DNA from: Euryarchaeota archaeon UBA58
GTDB taxonomy: Archaea; Thermoplasmatota; Poseidoniia; Poseidoniales; Thalassarchaeaceae
Assembly: GCA_002498525.1 (NCBI GenBank)
Contig: DAHR01000005.1
Coordinates: 42,478 to 106,477 of the forward strand
Direction: 5' to 3'
Length of the DNA stretch: 64,000 bases
In this document: positions 56,335-64,000 of the stretch, in pieces
Position numbering within the stretch: position 1 is the first letter of the stretch
Layout of the letters: each line of letters starts with the position of its first letter
Translations under genes and position numbers: made by a program
Notes under the pieces: generated by a model
The model's database searches: none
What the model saw: only the letters and a program-made list of their open reading frames with translations
What the model was told of the DNA's origin: nothing

Positions 56335-58467
56335 ATGGCAGATGCAGAGAGAATCGCGAGCAAACAGAAGCAGATCTCGATAAGTGAGTTCTTTGAGAAG
56401 AACAAGCATTTCCTCGGCTTCGACACCCTTCAGAGAGCAGTAATCACAGCGGTCAAGGAAGCCGTTGACAATTCACTCGATGCGTGTGAAGAATCTCGTA
56501 TTCTCCCTGATATCCGCATCGAGATCAATCGCTTGTCTGGCGATCGATTGGAACTCATCGCGCAGGACAATGGCCCTGGCATTCCGCGCGATGCCATCGA
56601 GAACGTCTTCGGTAGGTTCCTTCTCGGCTCACGTTTCCATGCCATCCGGCAGACCCGTGGCCAGCAGGGAATCGGCATAACTGGCGTGTTGATGTACAGT
56701 CAATTGACCACGGGCTCGAAAACCCGAGTGACTTCGAAAATCGCTTCTGATTCATCCGCAGTCCACGTCGATCTCGGTCTTGATACACGCAAAAACCGAG
56801 CCACGAAATCGAACGAGAGACGCGACCTCTGGCTCGATGAGAACGGACATGAGATTGAGCACGGTCTGATGATTCGAACCGTCATGCGAGCCAAGTATCA
56901 GCGCGGTCGCCAGTCGGTTCATCAGTATCTGCGGATGACTTCGATAGTCAACCCTCACGCCACGATTCACCTCACTGTTCGCGGGCTCGATGGGGAGATC
57001 ATCGACGACGGACATTGGATTCGCACTACAGAGAAATTACCCCGAGTCGTCGAGGAGATCAAACCGCATCCGCATGGAATCCTTCTCGGTCAACTCCAAC
57101 GGATGCTCAAAGAGACCGATGAGCGCAATATGACTTCATTCCTCAGGCACGGTTTCTCAGGAGTCAGTCTGCGCGCAGCCAAAGAGATCCTCGCAGCGGC
57201 TGAACTCGATGAAGGCCGCATACCTGCGCGCGTCAAAGCCGAGGACGCTCAGAAGATGGTCGAAGCCTTCCAAAGAGTCAAACTCCTCGCTCCACCAACT
57301 GATTGTCTCTCACCGATCGAGGAGATGCTAATCAAGAAAGGACTCTCGAAGGCGATTGATTCGCGCTTCGCTTCGACCGCCACCCGCAAACCGACGGTCA
57401 GCCAAGGCAACCCCTTCCAGATCGAGGTCGGACTGGTCTTCGGAGGAGACCTGCAGGCGGAGGGGCCGATCGAGATTCTGCGCTTCACCAACAGAGTCCC
57501 TCTGATGTACCAGCAAGGCGGATGCCTGCTGACAAAGGCTCTCGAGTCCGTCGATTGGAAGCGCTACGGACTCGACCACCCCGGCGGCCGCGGGCTGCCG
57601 AAAGGGCCGGCCGCCGTACTGATTCATCTAGCCTCCACAAACGTCCAATTCACCAGCGAGGCAAAGGAGGCGGTGGCGGATAACGAAGAGGTCTTCGAGG
57701 AAGTTCGGCGAGCGATGTTGGAGGTCGGACGTGGACTTCGCAATCATCTGAAGAAGAGTTCTCAGCGCAAGAAAGCGCAAGAGAAATTCGATCTCATCAA
57801 CATCATTCTACCAGAGATTTCACGCAAGACTTCGCAATTGCTCGGTCGCGAGGAACCCGACTTGGCGCCGGTCATCACCCGCATCATGAATGCAGTCTTC
57901 CTCGAGGATGAAATCGGTTGGGACAAGCACTCGAATCAAGCCGTCTGCTCTCTCACCATCTACAACTACACCGCCCGTGCTCGTGCCTACACGATCCTTG
58001 CTAAATGGCCTGAAGGCGAAGGGGTTGCAATCGCTGAGAATCCTCGAGGGGGTCGTAAGGAAACCACTGGTCTATGGGCTTGGAGGCTCGACACCCTCGA
58101 CCCTGGTCAGTCAGCGGAGATTCGCTTCACTGTCAGCGGTCTGTCGAAGGGGGATTGGACTGATGCGGAGATATTCTTCCGAGGCAATGGAGACATAATC
58201 GGGGCGACCAAGATCGATGAGAAGCTCCTCGATGAAATGCGCAAGATGGAAGCACTGGCTCTGGCGGAGGCGGAATACGCCGCTGCGACGATGAACGAAT
58301 CCATCCAACGACTGGTCGAAAGAACGCCAGTGCTGGAGACTTCTGGAGAATCGCTGGTAGTGTCTTCTGATGAGTCTGTGGTAGAGCCTTCTAACGAATC
58401 GCAGAGGATGATCAATAATCCTGAGGATCTACGCCAGTGGACTCCGGCTGAGGAGGTGAATGAATGA
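56335..58467 (+). CDS. top6B: DNA topoisomerase VI subunit B
   Basis: GHKL ATPase Bergerat fold (EAVDNSLDA, GPGIP, GLHG-like), H2TH and transducer domains. Start at MADAERIA; the track ORF starts 14 codons upstream. Confidence 0.9.
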   Translation: MADAERIASKQKQISISEFFEKNKHFLGFDTLQRAVITAVKEAVDNSLDACEESRILPDIRIEINRLSGDRLELIAQDNGPGIPRDAIENVFGRFLLGSRFHAIRQTRGQQGIGITGVLMYSQLTTGSKTRVTSKIASDSSAVHVDLGLDTRKNRATKSNERRDLWLDENGHEIEHGLMIRTVMRAKYQRGRQSVHQYLRMTSIVNPHATIHLTVRGLDGEIIDDGHWIRTTEKLPRVVEEIKPHPHGILLGQLQRMLKETDERNMTSFLRHGFSGVSLRAAKEILAAAELDEGRIPARVKAEDAQKMVEAFQRVKLLAPPTDCLSPIEEMLIKKGLSKAIDSRFASTATRKPTVSQGNPFQIEVGLVFGGDLQAEGPIEILRFTNRVPLMYQQGGCLLTKALESVDWKRYGLDHPGGRGLPKGPAAVLIHLASTNVQFTSEAKEAVADNEEVFEEVRRAMLEVGRGLRNHLKKSSQRKKAQEKFDLINIILPEISRKTSQLLGREEPDLAPVITRIMNAVFLEDEIGWDKHSNQAVCSLTIYNYTARARAYTILAKWPEGEGVAIAENPRGGRKETTGLWAWRLDTLDPGQSAEIRFTVSGLSKGDWTDAEIFFRGNGDIIGATKIDEKLLDEMRKMEALALAEAEYAAATMNESIQRLVERTPVLETSGESLVVSSDESVVEPSNESQRMINNPEDLRQWTPAEEVNE

Positions 58468-59564
58468 GCGCGAATGGATTCTCGAAGGAAGAGGTGATAG
58501 AAGCCTTGCATAGCATCGCAGGTGAGATGCATGACAACATGACCAAGGGGCAACCGCCGAGAATGACGCTGCCTGTGAGGACCAAGAAAAACATCGCTTT
58601 CGATGAGCGTCTCGGCGTTTACAAGTATGGCAAGAAGATGAGCACGCGCGATGCGACGAGCCTTGGCTCGGCCCGTCAACTGCTTCGCGCGCTCCATGTC
58701 ACCGAGTTCATCGAGGAGATGATCAACGCTGGTAAATCCTCGACATTGAGAGAGATGTACTACATCTCTGAAGGGTGGGGACATGGGAAATTCGGTTCAC
58801 AGAACGAGAGCAACAATCTCGCTGAGGATCTAGAGATTGTCACCCGATGCATGCGTGAGGACTTCAAACTCCGACCTGAAGAGGATGGGGCTCGCATCAT
58901 CGGCAACATCACCTTCGAGGAGAGGAATCGACGCGGCGATTGGATGAGAATCAACTGCCGCGACGATGTCGGAGATTCTGGATACGGGGTCCCATACAAT
59001 GTCGAGGCGGAGAAACTCCGCCTCATCACTCATGATGTCGACTTCATCATGGCCATCGAGACAGGTGGAATGTTCGACCGACTTGTCGAGAATGGTTTCG
59101 ACGAGTCGGCTCATTGCGCGCTGATTCACCTGAAGGGGCAGCCAGCGCGCTCGACGCGCCGCATCATCAAGCGAATGAACGAAGAATGGAATCTTCCGGT
59201 CCTCGTCTTCTTAGACGGTGACCCCTGGTCGTTCAGAATCTTCGCTTCAATCGCCTACGGCGCTATCAAGACGGCGCACATCTCGGAGTATCTCGCCACT
59301 CCGAGCGCCGTCTACCTCGGTATCAGGGCAGATGATATCGAATCGTACGATCTGCCCAGTGACGAATTATCCAGCAGGGATATCCAAGCCCTGAAGGCCG
59401 AACTCAGCGACCCGCGATTCGCGGATTCCGAATGGCAGGAAGAGATCAATATGATGCTCGATCTAGGGAAGAAGGCTGAGCAGCAATCATTGGCGAAATA
59501 CGGTCTTGATTTCGTCACTGACACCTACCTGCCCGAGAAACTGGCACAGATCATGGGTCGATGA
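58464..59564 (+). CDS. top6A: DNA topoisomerase VI subunit A (Spo11 homolog)
   Basis: Winged-helix plus Toprim domains. ATGA overlap with top6B, the typical operon arrangement. Confidence 0.9.
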   Translation: MSANGFSKEEVIEALHSIAGEMHDNMTKGQPPRMTLPVRTKKNIAFDERLGVYKYGKKMSTRDATSLGSARQLLRALHVTEFIEEMINAGKSSTLREMYYISEGWGHGKFGSQNESNNLAEDLEIVTRCMREDFKLRPEEDGARIIGNITFEERNRRGDWMRINCRDDVGDSGYGVPYNVEAEKLRLITHDVDFIMAIETGGMFDRLVENGFDESAHCALIHLKGQPARSTRRIIKRMNEEWNLPVLVFLDGDPWSFRIFASIAYGAIKTAHISEYLATPSAVYLGIRADDIESYDLPSDELSSRDIQALKAELSDPRFADSEWQEEINMMLDLGKKAEQQSLAKYGLDFVTDTYLPEKLAQIMGR

Positions 59565-59630
59565 TTCCCAGCGAACATTCGATGCCGGCCTTCGGCCAAG
59601 CATGATATGTGACCACACTCAGGTCGAACT

Positions 59631-60419
59631 GTGAGCACTCGATTACGTCGTGCGGCCAAAGGAAGCGCCATCGCTGCATTGGTCCTGCTGCTCGTTGGAG
59701 TCGCGGCATACGCATCCTCCTACGATGAACTCGCCGGGCTGATGGATCCGGAGAAGAACAATCTGGCAGACCTGCACTCGGGTGAAAGCGCACAGATTGA
59801 GATAAGCGGAGGATCTCAGATCGCTGCGCTGCGTCTTATTAATGAATCGTCGACAGAGTATCCGCAGGTTCGGCTCGTCGGAGTCGACGGTGAGGAAGAG
59901 GGGCGCGAGCCCAACCTTCTGGATACGAAATGGATAAGTGAAGACAGCGGAAGAATCTACGAAGCTGTGCGAATCTATGAGCCGGGCTCGACTGGCACAT
60001 TCACGATTCACAACGATGCAGAGCAGCGTTTGATCGTCGTCGATAATGCTGAACTCCAGTCGAAGTTGTTGGCTGAACCGCTCCTTCTCCTGATGATGAT
60101 CAGTTGCTGCGGTGGATTGTCGGCCACCTTAGCAGCCATCATCCTGTTTTTCCTCCAGCTGAGGAATCGGGGCGAGACCGAACAGAAAGTCTCGGGTCTG
60201 GTGGTCGATGGTCAAGTGATGACAACGAATGAACTCTACCGAATGCAGCGAGGTGGGGCGAAGGAGGAACCTGTCGAATCGGCTGTGGCAGACCCATTCG
60301 TGGATCGTGAGTCAAAGACGACGAGACAAGAGGAAATTCAGGATTCGAAGGAAGAATCCACCGATTCAGCCAAGATTGACGCGGACTCGGTAGAATGGCG
60401 CTCTTGGGATGAGGGTTGA
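59631..60419 (+). CDS. Hypothetical membrane protein (N-terminal and C-terminal TM helices, acidic C-terminal tail)
   Basis: AIAALVLLLVGVAAYA and LLLLMMISCCGGLSATLAAIILFFL. Confidence 0.45.
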   Translation: MSTRLRRAAKGSAIAALVLLLVGVAAYASSYDELAGLMDPEKNNLADLHSGESAQIEISGGSQIAALRLINESSTEYPQVRLVGVDGEEEGREPNLLDTKWISEDSGRIYEAVRIYEPGSTGTFTIHNDAEQRLIVVDNAELQSKLLAEPLLLLMMISCCGGLSATLAAIILFFLQLRNRGETEQKVSGLVVDGQVMTTNELYRMQRGGAKEEPVESAVADPFVDRESKTTRQEEIQDSKEESTDSAKIDADSVEWRSWDEG

Positions 60420-60491
60420 TCTCGTACCTGCTGTTGCGGCTAGCGATTGGGTTTTTAGTGCCCCTGCGACTACCCAACCTCGAGTTGGTAA

Positions 60492-61232
60492 GTGGTGGTG
60501 GACTTCGACGAAGCCCTGAACATCCTTGAGAACAGGGCGCGTCGGCAGATTCTCAAGCGGCTCGCCAAGGAACCTCATTACCCATTACAACTCTCAGATT
60601 TGCTTGTAATCAGCCAACAGGCAGTAGTCAAGCACCTCAAGGTGTTGGAAAAGGCGGGATTCGTCGACTCGACCAAGGTCGCCTCGCAGAAGGGAGGGCC
60701 GCCGAAGAAAATGTACACTGTGAATCAGTCATTCTCGCTACGCCTCGACCTCGGACCGAATCTGTTCCGTGCTGAGCATCGTACAATGCCACGTGGCGGG
60801 CCTATTCGGCTCTCTCAACGACTGCCACAGGATCTCGACGGTGTGATAGAGAGGATAGGTACACGTCGGAGACTTCCGATGGTAGAGGCGATGTCCATGC
60901 TGTCGGAGATGGACAGAGCCCTCGAGCGAATCGATGAGCAGCGCGATGCCGTCATCGCCCTGCACCAGCAAGTCATGCAACGAGTCGCTCCGAACATCGA
61001 TGATTCATCCGAGACTTACGAGGAGCGACAACTCGCTCATGCCTTGCTGAATCATCCCCGAAGACCCTTGGATCTCGACCTCTTCTCACAAGGGCTACGC
61101 ATTCAATCCATGCAGGCAGAGGCGATGCTGGATGGTCTGCGCGAGCGGCTACTGCGAGACTTCGCCAGCCATTCCGGCAGCTTGGTAGCGGCTCGCGAGG
61201 GTACGCCTCTGCCTTGGTGGCTCGCCCGTTGA
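60492..61232 (+). CDS. Winged-helix (ArsR-like) transcriptional regulator with an extended C-terminal domain
   Basis: ILENRARRQILKRLAKEPHYPLQLSDLLVISQQAVVKHLKVLEKAGFV is the ArsR/SmtB HTH signature. Confidence 0.55.
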   Translation: MVVDFDEALNILENRARRQILKRLAKEPHYPLQLSDLLVISQQAVVKHLKVLEKAGFVDSTKVASQKGGPPKKMYTVNQSFSLRLDLGPNLFRAEHRTMPRGGPIRLSQRLPQDLDGVIERIGTRRRLPMVEAMSMLSEMDRALERIDEQRDAVIALHQQVMQRVAPNIDDSSETYEERQLAHALLNHPRRPLDLDLFSQGLRIQSMQAEAMLDGLRERLLRDFASHSGSLVAAREGTPLPWWLAR

Positions 61233-61253
61233 AGACGATTGTCAGTCAACTTC

Positions 61254-64000
61254 TCAGAAGACCTGATCGTCATCATCCAGATTCGCCAACAGGCTGCTCT
61301 TCTCCGCGAAGCGGGCAAGAGCTTCCATCCTGCGTCCGTACATCACGACGCCAGCCACGCCCATGAGGGCGAAAGTGGCGCCGAGGATGATTGCCGGAAC
61401 TGAATACTGAGCGATGACCTCGATACCAACATCGAGGAGCCCATAATTGGAACCCATCGCTCCATCCACCTTCTCGAAGTTGTTATTCTCATCAGATTCA
61501 ACAATCATGTTGTCAGGATCGATGACGACGATGACATCGTGGCTTCCGGCCTCGACCATGTAGAGCAGTGTCAAAGTCGGTGGCTCATCATTGCCACTCG
61601 AACCCTCGGGCATCACTGCCTCGATCAGTTGGCGGTAAGCGATGTTTTCCTCATCGCAGCCGTGCCTCTTGATATCCTTGATCGTTTGATCGATGCAGAG
61701 TATGATGTGAACATCGGTGGCGTGGATGTTGCCGATGTTATGAATCTGCACATTGACAGAGAGCATGTCACCGACCGGCGCTCGGTTCTGACCTACCTCG
61801 ACACTGACGATCTCTAGGTCAGGAGCCCGCAGTCGCAGTTCGACTATCTGCTCATTGGTATCACAATTCGGGAGGTAATTATCTGGCAAACCATCGCCGT
61901 TCTCATCCAGAGTACATGAATCATCCCAGATTGCCGTCTCATCGTTGTCACCTCCGACCTCCGACGATCCAAAGGAGGAGAGCACTTTGATTCCGATCTC
62001 ACGATTGCTGAGAGTTGCGCCTGGATCGATGTGGATGATGGCCACGAGTTGCAATGTGGTGTAGGCAGGCATCATCGGCAGAGTGACGGTTCCCGCAGAG
62101 GTTCCCACCGCAATCTCGAAGCATTGGTCTGGCTCGGGCTGCTCGCCAACGAGCAATTGAACGCAAGGCCTCTCAATCGGGAATTCGGTATCGAAGCCCT
62201 CGAGAAGAGCGAAGGTAACCCTCCAGCCACTGAGTGCGTTCATCCCTGGCGAAGTATCCCAGCCGGCTCCGGTCTTGGTGTGATTGTGGATTGTCGGCTG
62301 GTCTGGAACATTACCGAAATTGGTCACATTCAGTGTATAGCGGACGACGCGCCCTGGAGCGGTGGTCTTGATTCGCGATTCGACAGACGGATCCAGATCG
62401 ATTCGCATATCGTGATATTCGATGATCTCGATCTGCAGCACTATGGTATCGCGAAGTTTGGTTCCTTCGTACGGTTCCTCGCTGAAGATGTCTAATCGGA
62501 CAGTATATTGCCCCGCGTAGGTCTGTGGGGGGACATTCACGAGAATGGTGATTTCTTGAGATTCGTCTCGGTCGAGTTCCTCGAACAGGACACGCGGGAT
62601 GTCGATGTCCCAGACATCCGAGGCACCTGTTGAAGCGACGATTGAATTCACTGAGATGCCGTAACGATCCGGTCCATTACCCAGATTCTCGATTACGGTC
62701 TCGAGTTCGAATGACTCGTCAGGATGCAATTGCAGAATGGTCTGTGGGACGCTTGCCTCAAGATCGTAGACCTGTATGACATTGGTCACTAGAACCACTG
62801 AATCACGTACTCGTGGCGCACCTTCCAGATGAGCCTTCACCGTGACGGATTCACCCAGACCGGCTGTTGCGTTGTACGGCGCGCACATGATGGCGGTCAC
62901 CTCGTAAGGGGTATCTATGAGAGACCAGTATCTAGGCTCGTTCTCTGGCAAGGCATTTCCACCCGGAGCATTGGAGAAGTCGAGTTCGACTGTCCAGTGG
63001 TCGTAACGCCAAGTCGACTCGGATATCTCCGGCGGGCGCTCTTCCGGGCCACCCGGCGTGGTGAAGATGATGTGGCCGGGGGTGAAATGCTTGGTGACAT
63101 CGATATCGAACTCAGCACAGTCGCCGGGCAGGACGTGTTGTGTCGTATCGCCAAGTTGGAAGACGATGTTCCCCGAACTCCTGATCGATACATTCACCCA
63201 TAATTCAAGGACGTCGAAGGTGCCTCTACTGACCGAAAGCACTGGCTCACCGGTAGACCAGCCCTTCAGATAGATCACGAATGTCCCGGGGGCCTGCGAT
63301 GTCGGCACGCTGACCTGCAGATTGCGGGTCACAGATTGACCAGGGTCGAGAGAAAGCGACAGAGGGAAGGAGACGCCCCAGCCGAAGGGGAGCGCCCATT
63401 CTGTCTGGCCTTCGAGTGTGGCTGGGTCATAGAAGGCGAAGGTATCGTAGACATTCCCTGTATTCGTCACCGTGATCGAGAATATCGCTGATTGGCCCTG
63501 TTCGATGTCGACTTGGTAATGACTGGTATCGAGGTTTATTCCATGCACCACGTCCATCAGCGTCAGAGTCAGACGCTCATCACTGATCGCTGGATCCTTA
63601 TGAGAGACTGCGGAGACTGTGATTGCGGCCAACTCGTCCTCATCCGCCTGATAGATGGTCGGCGCGCGGATTCGCATGTACACGGGTACGACATCTCCTC
63701 CGCGCAGGAATACCGGGGTCGAGTCGAATATCGGCGTATGGTTAGTTGCGAAGAAAAGGGTCGCGCTCCAGTTGTTCGGAACACCATTCAGGGTGACCGT
63801 GAAAGTGTCGGCGACGAGTTCGGCCGGTCCAGGCGTCGGGTTCGATATCGTCATGTTGTAGGTGGTCTGCTGGCCCGGCTCGATTGTGTGATAGAATGTC
63901 TCGGTCTCGGTCAGAGCAACTTCGACGAGACCGGTGAGAACGTGGACGTAGCATATAGTGTAAACACCAGCGTTATTCTGGTCATTGCACTTGTTCGTGT
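61254..64000 (-). CDS. Large surface protein with CARDB-like beta-sandwich repeats, a C-terminal TM anchor and a short cytoplasmic tail; N-terminus lies beyond the window
   Basis: Frame stays open upstream of the first Met (63854) to the window end. Repeated NxT-rich Ig-like segments, C-terminal AIILGATFALMGVAGVVMYG, and no signal peptide at the listed Met. Confidence 0.6.
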   Translation of the reverse strand, partial: TNKCNDQNNAGVYTICYVHVLTGLVEVALTETETFYHTIEPGQQTTYNMTISNPTPGPAELVADTFTVTLNGVPNNWSATLFFATNHTPIFDSTPVFLRGGDVVPVYMRIRAPTIYQADEDELAAITVSAVSHKDPAISDERLTLTLMDVVHGINLDTSHYQVDIEQGQSAIFSITVTNTGNVYDTFAFYDPATLEGQTEWALPFGWGVSFPLSLSLDPGQSVTRNLQVSVPTSQAPGTFVIYLKGWSTGEPVLSVSRGTFDVLELWVNVSIRSSGNIVFQLGDTTQHVLPGDCAEFDIDVTKHFTPGHIIFTTPGGPEERPPEISESTWRYDHWTVELDFSNAPGGNALPENEPRYWSLIDTPYEVTAIMCAPYNATAGLGESVTVKAHLEGAPRVRDSVVLVTNVIQVYDLEASVPQTILQLHPDESFELETVIENLGNGPDRYGISVNSIVASTGASDVWDIDIPRVLFEELDRDESQEITILVNVPPQTYAGQYTVRLDIFSEEPYEGTKLRDTIVLQIEIIEYHDMRIDLDPSVESRIKTTAPGRVVRYTLNVTNFGNVPDQPTIHNHTKTGAGWDTSPGMNALSGWRVTFALLEGFDTEFPIERPCVQLLVGEQPEPDQCFEIAVGTSAGTVTLPMMPAYTTLQLVAIIHIDPGATLSNREIGIKVLSSFGSSEVGGDNDETAIWDDSCTLDENGDGLPDNYLPNCDTNEQIVELRLRAPDLEIVSVEVGQNRAPVGDMLSVNVQIHNIGNIHATDVHIILCIDQTIKDIKRHGCDEENIAYRQLIEAVMPEGSSGNDEPPTLTLLYMVEAGSHDVIVVIDPDNMIVESDENNNFEKVDGAMGSNYGLLDVGIEVIAQYSVPAIILGATFALMGVAGVVMYGRRMEALARFAEKSSLLANLDDDDQVF

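Overview
High-GC segment of an archaeal chromosome, about 48 protein-coding genes and 3 tRNA genes, no CRISPR array, no integrase or transposase. Archaeal markers present: transcription factor B, topoisomerase VI subunits A and B, RNA polymerase subunit N, the L18e-L13-S9 ribosomal cluster, two PAC2-family proteasome assembly chaperones, Trm1. Many bacterial-type enzymes sit alongside them: NAD-dependent DNA ligase, PanD, RlmH, NADP-isocitrate dehydrogenase, class II ribonucleotide reductase, PduO-type cobalamin adenosyltransferase. A Thermoplasmatota-like lineage (for example Marine Group II-like) is plausible, but that is inference from gene content only. The main points of interest are: (1) an about 8 kb gene for a 2657-aa membrane-anchored surface protein with thrombospondin-type-3-like calcium-binding repeats and an embedded type-1 copper (cupredoxin) domain; (2) a seven-gene fatty-acid/lipid catabolism operon (thiolase, 3-hydroxyacyl-CoA dehydrogenase/enoyl-CoA hydratase fusion, acyl-CoA dehydrogenase, membrane lipase-like hydrolase, eukaryote-type acyl-CoA-binding protein, hot-dog protein, NMO-family reductase) preceded by a TATA box and a palindromic candidate operator; (3) an uncharacterised about 1040-aa alpha-helical protein ending in a PIN nuclease domain; (4) two tandem tRNA-Arg genes identical outside the anticodon arm; (5) a DnaQ-like 3'-5' exonuclease overlapping convergently with a Cas4-like PD-(D/E)XK nuclease; (6) an intergenic CAGAGG/CCTCTG motif cluster. 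A long solute-binding lipoprotein gene (1..2379, minus) and a CARDB-like surface protein gene (61254..64000, minus) run off the window edges; both are absent or truncated in the ORF track because they lack an in-window boundary.
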